Source of the DNA: Ferroglobus placidus DSM 10642
Lineage (GTDB): Archaea; Halobacteriota; Archaeoglobi; Archaeoglobales; Archaeoglobaceae
Direction of reading: 5' to 3'
Assembly: GCF_000025505.1 (NCBI RefSeq)
Contig: NC_013849.1
Span: 1,290,001 to 1,322,000 of the forward strand
DNA length: 32,000 bases
The notes beneath the pieces are model-generated. The model was not told the DNA's origin, did not search any database, and saw nothing but the letters and a program-made list of their open reading frames with translations. The position numbers were made by a program, and so were the translations under genes. Positions within the stretch are counted from its first letter, which is position 1, and every line of letters starts with the position of its first letter. This document shows, piece by piece, positions 10,426 to 18,758 of this stretch.

Positions 10426-11031
10426 TTGAGGGTAGGCTGGGATGCTACGCACGGAGAATTTATAGCTGACGATTACTATTACTTTTCCAAGCTCAGAAAT
10501 TTTGTTGATGCTGAAATTGATTGCGTTTACAGCTTTTACAAACTTGAAGACTACGACGTTATCGTTTTTAACTATCCAGAGGTTAGGTTCAAGCTCAGGG
10601 AAATTTCGAGGATTAAGAGCTGGTTGAGAAAGGGGAAAACGGTGGTTTTCGCCTCCTACTACAACAACCTCGACAACGTTACTGAGATAATAAACAGCGT
10701 TCTAAAAAAGCTTGGTGTGGAGGTGAGAATTAGCAGCGACGTTATAGTGGATGAAGAGAAGAACGACGGAGATAGGATGCATCCATTAGCAAAGTATGGA
10801 GATCGCGTCGTAGTAATGCCCTGCTCGTCGAGCGTTGTAGGAGGTGAAGCTTTCGTCGAAGGTTTTTCTTCGGCAGAATGCAACAACGGAAGCAAGTGTT
10901 TTGCAGCTTACGAGGAGTTTGGAAAGGGGAAGGTTATCGTCTTAGGCACGTGCGTCTTCTGGGACAACTACAGCATCGAAAAGTACGACAACAGAGTTTT
11001 AGCGAATGACATTCTGAGCGGCAAAATCTGA
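10426..11031 (+). CDS. Uncharacterised protein, possibly DUF4350/GATase-like fold
   Basis: MRVGWDATHGEF...YDVIVFNYPEV...IKSWLRKGKTVVFASYYNN...GKGKVIVLGTCVFWDN. Family assignment is tentative. Confidence 0.5.
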   Translation: MRVGWDATHGEFIADDYYYFSKLRNFVDAEIDCVYSFYKLEDYDVIVFNYPEVRFKLREISRIKSWLRKGKTVVFASYYNNLDNVTEIINSVLKKLGVEVRISSDVIVDEEKNDGDRMHPLAKYGDRVVVMPCSSSVVGGEAFVEGFSSAECNNGSKCFAAYEEFGKGKVIVLGTCVFWDNYSIEKYDNRVLANDILSGKI

Positions 11032-11066
11032 TAACATTTTTAAGGCTGAAAATTTCATAAAAGAGC

Positions 11067-12380
11067 ATGAAAGTAGCTATTATCGGCGGCGGAGCAGCCG
11101 GGATGAGTGCGGCTTCGAGAGTTAAAGCGTTAAAACCGGAATGGGAAGTTTCGGTTTTCGAAGCGACGTCTTTCGTAAGCCACGCTCCTTGCGGCATTCC
11201 TTACGCGATAGAATTCGACTTCGGAAGCGAGGAGCTGATGTACTACAAACCGGAAGTCTTCGTTAAGGAGAGGGGGATCGATTTACACTTGAATGCGAAG
11301 GTAGTCGAAGTCGACTACGGAAAGCTGAGGGTGGAGGAGAACGGAAAAGAAAAAACTTACGAGTGGGACAAGCTTTTAATCGCTACCGGAGCATCGCCGA
11401 AGGTGCCTAAGATAGAGGGAGTCGATTTGGAGAACGTTTTCACCGTCGATTTACCTCCTGATGCCGACAGAATAAGGAGAGCTGCGAAGGAAGCTGAGAA
11501 TGTAGTTATAATCGGAGCCGGCTACATCGGAGTCGAAATGGCGGAGGCTTTTTCGGCTATAAATAAGAAGGTGACGGTCATAGAATTCCTCGACAGACCG
11601 TTAGCCAACTTTGATAGAGAGATTTCGAACATCGTGAAAGAGGAGATGGAGAAAAAAGTTGAACTTAAGCTTGAGGAGAGCGTTGAGGCGATAGAAGGCA
11701 AGGACAAGGTTGAAAAAGTTGTGACGAATAAAGGAGAGTATAAAGCGGATTTGGTCATTCTTGCCACTGGCGTAAAGCCGAATGTTGAGCTTGCTAAACA
11801 GCTCGGCGTAGAGCTCGGTGAGACGGGGGCGATAAAGACGAATTCGAAAATGGAGACGAACGTTGAGAACGTTTACGCAGCTGGCGACTGCGCTGAGACG
11901 ATAAATCTGGTTACAAAAAAGCCTGCTTGGATTCCCTTAGCTCCGGCGGGGAACAAAATGGGGTACGTGGCTGGAGTTAACATGGCTGGAGGAAACATTG
12001 AATTTCCCGGAGTCGTCGGGACGCAAATAACGAAATTTTACGACTTGCAGATAGGAAAAACCGGACTTACCGAAGAAGAAGCTAAAAAGGAAGGATTTAA
12101 CGTAAAATCAGCGTTTATCCAAGCTAACACGAAAGTCCACTATTATCCTGGAGCGAAAAAGACTTTTATAAAGGCTGTTAAAGACGCGGATACGAACAGA
12201 ATACTCGGTGCTCAGATTGCCGGCTACGAGATGGTAACGATGCGAGTAAACGTTTTCGCCACCGCTATTCAGGCTGGCTTCACCACGAGAGATTTGTTCT
12301 TCGCCGACTTGGCTTACGCTCCTCCATTTACTCCAATATGGGATCCGGTAATAGTGGCTGCGAGGGTGTTGAAGTTTTGA
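11067..12380 (+). CDS. CoA-disulfide reductase / NADH oxidase-type flavoprotein
   Basis: [19 protein letters not shown] (FAD), [12 protein letters not shown] (redox Cys), [16 protein letters not shown] (NAD), [10 protein letters not shown]. Confidence 0.92.
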   Translation: MKVAIIGGGAAGMSAASRVKALKPEWEVSVFEATSFVSHAPCGIPYAIEFDFGSEELMYYKPEVFVKERGIDLHLNAKVVEVDYGKLRVEENGKEKTYEWDKLLIATGASPKVPKIEGVDLENVFTVDLPPDADRIRRAAKEAENVVIIGAGYIGVEMAEAFSAINKKVTVIEFLDRPLANFDREISNIVKEEMEKKVELKLEESVEAIEGKDKVEKVVTNKGEYKADLVILATGVKPNVELAKQLGVELGETGAIKTNSKMETNVENVYAAGDCAETINLVTKKPAWIPLAPAGNKMGYVAGVNMAGGNIEFPGVVGTQITKFYDLQIGKTGLTEEEAKKEGFNVKSAFIQANTKVHYYPGAKKTFIKAVKDADTNRILGAQIAGYEMVTMRVNVFATAIQAGFTTRDLFFADLAYAPPFTPIWDPVIVAARVLKF

Positions 12381-12973
12381 CGCTCGAAGAAATCCACGAG
12401 GAAATCAAGAAATGTAGGAAATGCGAGCTGTACAAAACTAAAACGAACTACGTCCCCGGAGAAGGAAATGAGAAAGCCAAAATTGTCTTCGTCGGAGAAG
12501 CACCGGGGAGAGAAGAGGATTTGCAGGGAAGACCTTTTGTTGGAGCTGCCGGGCAATATCTGACTAAAACTCTGGAAAAATGCGGAATTAAGAGGAGCGA
12601 AGTCTTCATTACAAATATTTTGAAATGCCGTCCGCCGAACAATCGAGATCCGAAACCTGAGGAGGTGGAGAAGTGCTTTCCATATCTTGTAAAACAGCTT
12701 CACGAAATAAAGCCTGACGTGATAGTATGCCTTGGAAGGCATTCGGCAAGGGAGATACTGAACTTTTTTGGTAAGAAATTTAAAGGAATTTCCGCTGACA
12801 GAGGCAAGATTTTCGAAGCTGAACTCGACGGAAAGAAGGTAAAGATAATTCCAACGTATCATCCAGCAGCAGTTCTGTACAAACCGCAGCTGAAGGAGTA
12901 CTTCGAGGAAGACATAAGGAAGGTGGCGAGCTTCTTTAAAAGGAAAACGCTTTTGGACTTTATAGGGGAGTAA
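12377..12973 (+). CDS. Family 4 (Fe-S) uracil-DNA glycosylase
   Basis: [73 protein letters not shown]. Start uncertain; TTG at 12377 is a candidate. Confidence 0.9.
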   Translation: MTLEEIHEEIKKCRKCELYKTKTNYVPGEGNEKAKIVFVGEAPGREEDLQGRPFVGAAGQYLTKTLEKCGIKRSEVFITNILKCRPPNNRDPKPEEVEKCFPYLVKQLHEIKPDVIVCLGRHSAREILNFFGKKFKGISADRGKIFEAELDGKKVKIIPTYHPAAVLYKPQLKEYFEEDIRKVASFFKRKTLLDFIGE

Positions 12974-12995
12974 GCAAAGAAAGAATTAAAAATTT

Positions 12996-13667
12996 TTAGT
13001 TTACCAAGTTCACTGCTTTTCCTAAAACCGTCAACGAGATTTTCACGTTCTTCCCTACCCTCTTCGTCTCTACGAGTCCGTCCTCCTCCAGTCCTCTGAG
13101 GTGGTAGCTCATCCTCGCTCTCTGAGCCATGTACTTCTTGTGATCCGTCGTTCTGCCTTCGAGAAGTTCTATCAATTTGTTTATCGACTCGACCTCTCCT
13201 CCGTTCGCCTCGATAACTTTCAGAATTTCGAGCTTGTCTTCGGAAACCTTTTTCATCGGAGGAACCGGGATTTCAATAACTCTTTCAATCCCAACTTCTT
13301 TTCCTTCCTCGTATTTGGGCATCGCGGTATAGATTTTGCTTCCCGAAACCTGCGCAGCTATATATGCGGCGATGGTCAAAGTTTTCGGAGCTTCCGTTAT
13401 GTTGATGTAAACTTCGTTACCCGCCTTTAAGTCGTCTCTAATTGCCTCAAGAACTTTGAGCATCGATTCGAAAACTTCGTATTGATTCACTTCAACCATT
13501 TCAACGTCGATAAGCACCTTTAAAATCTCTTTCAGCTTTTCAGCCACGCTTTTAACGTCTGCGTAGTAAACTAAATACGCTTTGTGTATCGGATAGCCAC
13601 TCGCCTTTATGCTTTCCATCACCTTCTCAGCATCGCTTCCCACGAAGACTACATGCACTACTGCCAT
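12996..13667 (-). CDS. CARF-like / winged-helix transcriptional regulator (DUF6293/Csa3-like architecture)
   Basis: N-terminal Rossmann-like domain with VYINITEAPKTLTIAAYIAAQVSG, reminiscent of the CARF ligand motif. C-terminal wHTH: ISEDKLEILKVIEANGG-like start ...MSYHLRGLEEDGLVETKRVGKNVKISLTVLGKAV. Confidence 0.7.
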   Translation of the reverse strand: MAVVHVVFVGSDAEKVMESIKASGYPIHKAYLVYYADVKSVAEKLKEILKVLIDVEMVEVNQYEVFESMLKVLEAIRDDLKAGNEVYINITEAPKTLTIAAYIAAQVSGSKIYTAMPKYEEGKEVGIERVIEIPVPPMKKVSEDKLEILKVIEANGGEVESINKLIELLEGRTTDHKKYMAQRARMSYHLRGLEEDGLVETKRVGKNVKISLTVLGKAVNLVN

Positions 13668-13694
13668 GTTGTTCCATTGGATGGAATAATAAAT

Positions 13695-13702
13695 AAGTTT
13701 TT
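13695..13702. repeat. Left copy of 8-bp target-site duplication AAGTTTTT
   Basis: Identical to 14461-14468, directly flanking the IS ends. Confidence 0.85.
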
Positions 13703-13750
13703 GGTAATGCCTCAGTAATGTTTATATTCAATTAGTTGGATAAATCGGTG

Positions 13751-14035
13751 ATGATGTGTCCGCATTGCAAATCGATAAAAACTGTGAAAATGGGCTGTTA
13801 TTACACGAAATCTGGTGAGAGGAGGCAGAGATACAAATGCAAGAGCTGCGGGAGAACTTTCGTTTTGAATCCGATAAAGCCGAGGAATTATCCCGAGGAA
13901 TTTAAGGAGATGGTAGTTAGAGCTGTTGTGAAGGAGGGTGTAGGGATAAGACAAGCGAGCAGAATTTTCAAGCTTTCTCCTAACACTGTGACAGCTTGGG
14001 TAAGAGAATTTTCTAAAAAAAGACCTGAGAAATGA
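13751..14035 (+). CDS. IS1-family transposase, InsA-like (zinc ribbon + HTH)
   Basis: MMCPHCKSIKTVKMGCYYTKSGERRQRYKCKSCGRTF zinc ribbon followed by an HTH (GIRQASRIFKLSPNTVTAWVREFSKK). Confidence 0.88.
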   Translation: MMCPHCKSIKTVKMGCYYTKSGERRQRYKCKSCGRTFVLNPIKPRNYPEEFKEMVVRAVVKEGVGIRQASRIFKLSPNTVTAWVREFSKKRPEK

Positions 14036-14450
14036 GATTAGATCGGAAAAGCCTGTTATCGAGTTAGATGAAGCTTGGAGTTTTGTTAAGAAAAAGGAAA
14101 ACGAAATCTGGATTTGGATTGCTTTAGAGAGAAATTCCCGAAAAATAATAAGTTATGCAATAGGAGATCGTTCTGTGGATACTTTCAAGAAATTGTGGGA
14201 CGGAATTGGCGATGAAATAAAGCGGAAAGCAATTTTCTACACGGATCGCTGGGACGCTTATAATTTGATTCCTTACAGGCAGAGAATCGTAAGAAGAGGA
14301 GGAACGAACCACGTTGAAAGGTTATTCTTAACTCTGAGAAATGATAATCCGAGATTCGCAAGAAAATCAATCAGATTCTCAAAATCCTCGGAAATGCTCG
14401 AAAATTCTTTTAAATTGTGGATTCATTACTATAATTTATCAACATTATAG
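14004..14450 (+). CDS. IS1-family transposase, catalytic InsB-like frame (expression would need a frameshift or slippage)
   Basis: Open frame from 14004 reads ...VIELDEAWSFVKKKENEIWIWIALERNSRKIISYAIGDR...FYTDRWDAYNLIP...GGTNHVERLFLTLRNDNPRFARKSIRFSKSSEMLENSFKLWIHYYN; DDE-type and IS1-like. Stop lies inside the right inverted repeat. Confidence 0.88.
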   Translation, partial: ENFLKKDLRNEIRSEKPVIELDEAWSFVKKKENEIWIWIALERNSRKIISYAIGDRSVDTFKKLWDGIGDEIKRKAIFYTDRWDAYNLIPYRQRIVRRGGTNHVERLFLTLRNDNPRFARKSIRFSKSSEMLENSFKLWIHYYNLSTL

Positions 14451-14460
14451 TGACACTACC

Positions 14461-14468
14461 AAGTTTTT
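14461..14468. repeat. Right copy of 8-bp target-site duplication AAGTTTTT
   Basis: Identical to 13695-13702. Confidence 0.85.
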
Positions 14469-14536
14469 CTACATCGCTAAAATCGTCTTCTCTGATTACA
14501 CTTCGTTAAGTTATAGGCGAAATTAGAAAGAGATAA

Positions 14537-14565
14537 CAACAATCTGAATTGATAATCAGATGTTG
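14537..14565. promoter_or_regulatory. Inverted repeat upstream of acyP (possible operator)
   Basis: CAACAATCTGA-ATTGATAA-TCAGATGTTG: arms match apart from one bulged A. It lies just before a TATA-like CTATATAATG. Confidence 0.45.
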
Positions 14566-14608
14566 AATCAACAACTATATAATGCAGAGTAAAGAGAAAG
14601 GTGATGAA

Positions 14609-14881
14609 ATGAAGAGAGTCAGAGTTTATGTTAGCGGAGTCGTGCAGGGCGTAGGATTCCGTTATTTCACTAAAAAAGTCGCAAAAGAAATTGGAGTTAA
14701 AGGCTACGTGATGAACCTCAGCGACGGAAGAGTTCTCGTTGTTGCTGAGGGGGAAGAGGAGCAGATAGAAAAGTTGATATCTGCTTTGAAAGTAGGACCG
14801 AAATCGGCAATAGTTAAAAATGTCGAGGTAATTGAAGAGGAGTACAAAGGAGAGTTCGAGAACTTCGAGGTGAGGTATTAG
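14609..14881 (+). CDS. acyP: Acylphosphatase
   Basis: [45 protein letters not shown]; start at MKRVRV after a GGTGAT Shine-Dalgarno-like sequence. Confidence 0.93.
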   Translation: MKRVRVYVSGVVQGVGFRYFTKKVAKEIGVKGYVMNLSDGRVLVVAEGEEEQIEKLISALKVGPKSAIVKNVEVIEEEYKGEFENFEVRY

Positions 14882-15696
14882 TGCTTGCCAAAAGGATAAT
14901 ACCGTGCTTGGACGTCACGCTCGATGAAAAAGGAGCGAGGGTGGTAAAAGGGGTAGAATTCGTAAATCTTAGAGATGCCGGAGATCCAGTGGAGTTGGCG
15001 AAGAGGTACGATGAAGAAGGAGCGGACGAACTCGTCTTTCTTGACATAACCGCTTCAGCCCAGGGAAGGAAGACGATGGTTGACGTTATAGAGAGGACGG
15101 CTGAAGAAGTTTTTATTCCCCTCACGGTGGGAGGAGGAATAAAAAGTATTGAGGATATAAACGAAATGCTTTCAGCCGGAGCTGACAAAGTTTCGATAAA
15201 TACTGCTGCGGTGAAAAATCCCGAGTTTGTGAGAAAAGCGGCGGAAATATTCGGAAGTCAGTGCATAGTTGTTGCGATAGACTGCAGAAGAAATTTCGAC
15301 CTCAGCAAGGGCAAGTATTTTGTCGAGCTCGAGGACGGAAGGAAAGCTTGGTACGAAGTCGTAATTTACGGAGGAAGAAAGCCTACCGGTATTGATGCGG
15401 TGGAGTGGGCTAAAAAGGTGGAAGAGCTCGGAGCGGGAGAAATTTTGCTGACTTCGATGAACAGAGACGGAACGAAAATTGGCTACGACATCCCGATAAC
15501 GAGAAAGATCAGCGAAGAGGTGAAAATTCCGGTCATAGCTTCTGGAGGAGCTGGAAAGCCCGAGCATTTTTACGAAGCGTTCACAGCTGGAAAAGCCGAT
15601 GCATGTTTGGCAGCGAGCATTTTCCACTACAGAGAAATTGAGATAGAAGAACTGAAGAGGTATTTGAAAGAAAGAGGTATTCCCGTCAGGATCTGA
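14881..15696 (+). CDS. hisF: Imidazole glycerol phosphate synthase subunit HisF
   Basis: [101 protein letters not shown]; GTG start. Confidence 0.97.
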   Translation: MLAKRIIPCLDVTLDEKGARVVKGVEFVNLRDAGDPVELAKRYDEEGADELVFLDITASAQGRKTMVDVIERTAEEVFIPLTVGGGIKSIEDINEMLSAGADKVSINTAAVKNPEFVRKAAEIFGSQCIVVAIDCRRNFDLSKGKYFVELEDGRKAWYEVVIYGGRKPTGIDAVEWAKKVEELGAGEILLTSMNRDGTKIGYDIPITRKISEEVKIPVIASGGAGKPEHFYEAFTAGKADACLAASIFHYREIEIEELKRYLKERGIPVRI

Positions 15697-16090
15697 AAGC
15701 TACCACTTCCATTTCTATGTCAACACCTTTTGGCAGCTCTGAAACTCCGACAACAACTCTTGCCGGCTTTTTTTTGAAGTATTTTTCGTAAACCTCGTTG
15801 AACTCGTTAAACTTCGACAGGTCTTTCAAGTAAACCGTAACTTTAACAACGTTTTCCAGATCGAGACCGACCTCATTTAGGATAGCTCTAACGTTCTCAA
15901 TAACGGCTTCGACTCTCTCTTCAAACTTTTCTGGAATTTCACCGTTCTTTCTCATTGGTATCTGTCCAGAGACGAACACAAAGTTTTCAACCACCACCGC
16001 ATGACTGTAAGGTCCTACCGGCTTCGGAGCGTTTTCGGAGATAACGAACTTCATAGGAATTCTTGGAGGAGCAGCATTAATAAATTTCAC
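15686..16090 (-). CDS. RidA/YjgF/YER057c/UK114 family protein
   Basis: [40 protein letters not shown]...[25 protein letters not shown]. Confidence 0.88.
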   Translation of the reverse strand: MKFINAAPPRIPMKFVISENAPKPVGPYSHAVVVENFVFVSGQIPMRKNGEIPEKFEERVEAVIENVRAILNEVGLDLENVVKVTVYLKDLSKFNEFNEVYEKYFKKKPARVVVGVSELPKGVDIEMEVVAFRS

Positions 16091-16136
16091 GTACTCTTAA
16101 GCAAAGTGTTTAAAACAGAAACCGTAAGCTTCGGTT

Positions 16137-16433
16137 GTGAAGATATCCGAGTTTCAGAAATTAATAAAAGACCTGTATTTCGAAAAAGATAAGAAGAGGG
16201 GGTTAGACAAGACTTTCATCTGGTTCGTTGAAGAAGTTGGGGAACTGGCTGAGGCTATAAGGAAAGGGGAGAACGTTGGAGAGGAAATAGCGGATGTGTT
16301 TGCCTGGCTCGTGAGCTTAGCTAATATCCTCGGCGTTGACGTTGAGGAGGAAGTTCTGAAAAAATACCCCTACAAGTGCGTTAAGTGCAACAAAATCCCG
16401 TGCGAGTGTGAGGAGCATGTTTCTGATAGTTAG
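16137..16433 (+). CDS. MazG-like nucleotide pyrophosphohydrolase
   Basis: TFIWFVEEVGELAEAIRKGENVGEEIADVFAWLVSLANILGVD with Cys-rich tail CVKCNKIPCEC. Confidence 0.85.
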   Translation: MKISEFQKLIKDLYFEKDKKRGLDKTFIWFVEEVGELAEAIRKGENVGEEIADVFAWLVSLANILGVDVEEEVLKKYPYKCVKCNKIPCECEEHVSDS

Positions 16434-17565
16434 GGATGAGGATATAAAGAAAGGTGTAACGACTGACAAGTACTTCATATGGACGGAAAAAATCCTGAAA
16501 GAGAAGGGCAAAAATCCTCTTGTTGTCGCTGAAGTTACAGCCTCGACTTGGGGGATTTTTGCCGGGCTAAACGATGCCCTGAAACTGCTGGAAGGAATGA
16601 ACGTGGACGTTTATGCGATGGACGAGGGAACGCTTTTCTTCCCCCACGAACCCGTTTTGACGGTCGTAGGGAACTACTTGGACTTTGCGAGGTTCGAAAC
16701 AGCTTTACTCGGATTTCTCTGCCACGCTTCCGGAGTGGCTACAGAAGCCTTCAGAACCAAGCTTGCCGCCGGAGATAAGAGAGTTCTATCATTCGGAACG
16801 AGAAGACAGCATCCTGCTTTGGCTGCTTTCATAGAGAGGTCCGCTTACATCGGAGGAGTCGATGGGGTGAGCAATTACGCAGCAGAAAAGTATCTCGGAA
16901 TAGAGAGCGTGGGAACGATGCCTCACGCTTTGATAATCTCCTTTGGAAATCAAATCGAAGCTTGGAGGGCTTACGATGAAGTCGTTGAAGAGAAAGTTCC
17001 GAGGACGATGCTGATAGACACGTATTACGATGAAAAAACCGAAGCGATCTTAGCTGTTGAGAACGTGAGGAGAGTTGATGGTGTAAGGCTCGACACTCCG
17101 AGCAGCAGAAGGGGCAACATAAGGAAGATTATCGAAGAAGTCAGATGGGAGCTGAAAATAAGGGGTAGGGAGGACGTGAGAATTGTTCTCAGCGGAGGAA
17201 TTAACGCTAAAGATGTTTACGAGCTGAGGGACATCGTCGACGTTTTTGGAGTTGGGACGTCGATAGCTGGGGCTCCGCCGATAGACTTCAGCCTCGACAT
17301 AGTTGAAAAGGAAGGAAAGTTTGTAGCCAAGAGGGGGAAGAGAAGCGGAATGAAGCAGGTTTACAGAGACTGGGAGACGCTTGAGGATGAGGTTAAACTG
17401 TACAAAGACGCTGCTCCAGAAGGAAAGGAACCGCTCGTTAAAAAGTACATGGAAAAGGGGAAGATAGTAAGGGAATGTAACATGGAAGAAGCGAGAAAGT
17501 TGAGCTTGAGGCAAATGGAAATTATAAGGAAGCTCGGGAGAGTTGAGGAGTTCGTTTTCGGTTAG
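16417..17565 (+). CDS. Nicotinate phosphoribosyltransferase-like protein
   Basis: YFIWTEKIL, ALLGFLCHASGVATEAFRTKLAAGDKRVLSFGTRRQHPA, VRLDTPSSRRGNIRKI, LSGGINAKD, FGVGTSIAGAPP. Confidence 0.85.
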   Translation: MFLIVRDEDIKKGVTTDKYFIWTEKILKEKGKNPLVVAEVTASTWGIFAGLNDALKLLEGMNVDVYAMDEGTLFFPHEPVLTVVGNYLDFARFETALLGFLCHASGVATEAFRTKLAAGDKRVLSFGTRRQHPALAAFIERSAYIGGVDGVSNYAAEKYLGIESVGTMPHALIISFGNQIEAWRAYDEVVEEKVPRTMLIDTYYDEKTEAILAVENVRRVDGVRLDTPSSRRGNIRKIIEEVRWELKIRGREDVRIVLSGGINAKDVYELRDIVDVFGVGTSIAGAPPIDFSLDIVEKEGKFVAKRGKRSGMKQVYRDWETLEDEVKLYKDAAPEGKEPLVKKYMEKGKIVRECNMEEARKLSLRQMEIIRKLGRVEEFVFG

Positions 17566-17567
17566 AG

Positions 17568-18083
17568 TTACAAAAAGTCCTCCAGTTTTACATCTTTTTT
17601 AGCGTATTTGCTGAGAGTTTTTCTTATCTCTTCCGGATCTGCCGACTTCAATCCGAAGTAGTCTGCGAAAAGTTTTGTGGTTGTTAAAATCGTGTTTTTT
17701 CCTTTCCTCTCAACGTTCACGAACCCCAACTCCTTCAGTTTTTTCACGTGCTCGTAGCACTTGTTTCCCCTTACTTTAGCAAGCTCCGACAGCTTAATCG
17801 GCTGTCTTAACGCTATTACCGCAAGAGTTCTCAAAACGCCTTTCGGCAAGTCCCTCTCTATATATTCTTCAACGTACTTCGAAAATTCGGGCTTTACCCT
17901 CATCAAGTATTTTTTTCCGAGCTTTATTATCTCTAATGCGGTCTCTCTGCTTTTGTATTCTTCAATCAGCCTTTCAATTTCCTCTTCTACAACTTTTCTC
18001 TCAGCTCCTATTATTTTTGCTATCTTTTCAGCAGATACTGGCTCCGGAGACGAAAAAAGGATGGCTTCAATTGCCTCCTTCAT
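17568..18083 (-). CDS. scpB: Segregation and condensation protein B
   Basis: KEAIEAILFSSPEPVSAEKIAKII...LRTLAVIALRQPIKLSELAKVRGNKCYEHVKKLKELGFVN, in the smc-scpA cluster. Confidence 0.9.
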   Translation of the reverse strand: MKEAIEAILFSSPEPVSAEKIAKIIGAERKVVEEEIERLIEEYKSRETALEIIKLGKKYLMRVKPEFSKYVEEYIERDLPKGVLRTLAVIALRQPIKLSELAKVRGNKCYEHVKKLKELGFVNVERKGKNTILTTTKLFADYFGLKSADPEEIRKTLSKYAKKDVKLEDFL

Positions 18084-18744
18084 CGATCCACCTCAAAAAA
18101 ACCTCCGTTTCGAGAATTTTCTCCTGCCAGATTTCTATTTTCTTTCTGAAAGCCAGATGAAGAATTGATATGTAACTCTTCACGATATCGCTCCCGCAAA
18201 TTTGCGAAAAGGGAATTATTTCAGCTTTTTTAGCGAACTCGAATACTACTTTTTCGACCTCTCTTATCCACTCCTCCACGTTCTCTTCGTGAGGAGTTTC
18301 GAGAGGGTCTTCTTTAACGACTCTCTCCCTTTTAACCTTTCTCTTCTTCCTTCTCTTTTCTTCAGCTTTCTTCAACTCTTCTATTAAATCTTTTAACGTC
18401 GTGTATCTTCTCAGCCTCTTTTTTCTGCTTCCCGTTGCGACGAGCGACTTGATTACCTCGTCCTCTATATCTTCAACCAAATAATCCTCAAAATCGAGTT
18501 CTCGATAATCCGGAGCGTAGTAATCTTCGAAGTCCTCTTCTTCCACCTCTTCCTCCTCTTCAACCCTGAGGAGTTCGTTCGCGAGTATTTCCGACTTCAT
18601 TCTAACCAGTATGGCTGCGTAGAGCAAAACCCTTCCTGAAATTCGTAAATCGAGCTTCCTTGCTCTTTCAAGCTCTTCCAAAAACTTGTCAGCTACCTCC
18701 ACAACGTCAACGTTCCAAGGATCAATTTCCCCCTTTTTAGCCAT
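18067..18744 (-). CDS. scpA: Segregation and condensation protein A (kleisin)
   Basis: DPWNVDVVEVADKFLEELERARKLDLRISGRVLLYAAILVRMKSEIL and C-terminal kleisin wHTH, adjacent to smc. Confidence 0.93.
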   Translation of the reverse strand: MAKKGEIDPWNVDVVEVADKFLEELERARKLDLRISGRVLLYAAILVRMKSEILANELLRVEEEEEVEEEDFEDYYAPDYRELDFEDYLVEDIEDEVIKSLVATGSRKKRLRRYTTLKDLIEELKKAEEKRRKKRKVKRERVVKEDPLETPHEENVEEWIREVEKVVFEFAKKAEIIPFSQICGSDIVKSYISILHLAFRKKIEIWQEKILETEVFLRWIDEGGN

Positions 18745-18758
18745 GTTTAGGAGGATTT

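Larger units (their letters stand above)
13703..14460 (+). mobile_element. IS1-family insertion sequence (about 758 bp)
   Basis: Imperfect terminal inverted repeats, 18/24 identical: GGTAATGCCTCAGTAATGTTTATA at the left and GGTAGTGTCACTATAATGTTGATA (reverse complement of the right end). Flanked by AAGTTTTT on both sides. Carries InsA- and InsB-like ORFs. Confidence 0.9.

Noticed and set aside
12314-12862. 182-aa antisense ORF over the uracil-DNA glycosylase gene
   Set aside because: Shadow of a conserved gene; composition is typical of antisense translation.
14601-14607. GTGATGA resembling a C box of an archaeal C/D sRNA
   Set aside because: It coincides with the Shine-Dalgarno-like region of acyP, and I could not identify a matching D box and guide arrangement.
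15172-15627. 151-aa antisense ORF over hisF
   Set aside because: hisF is strongly supported and no independent evidence exists for the antisense frame.
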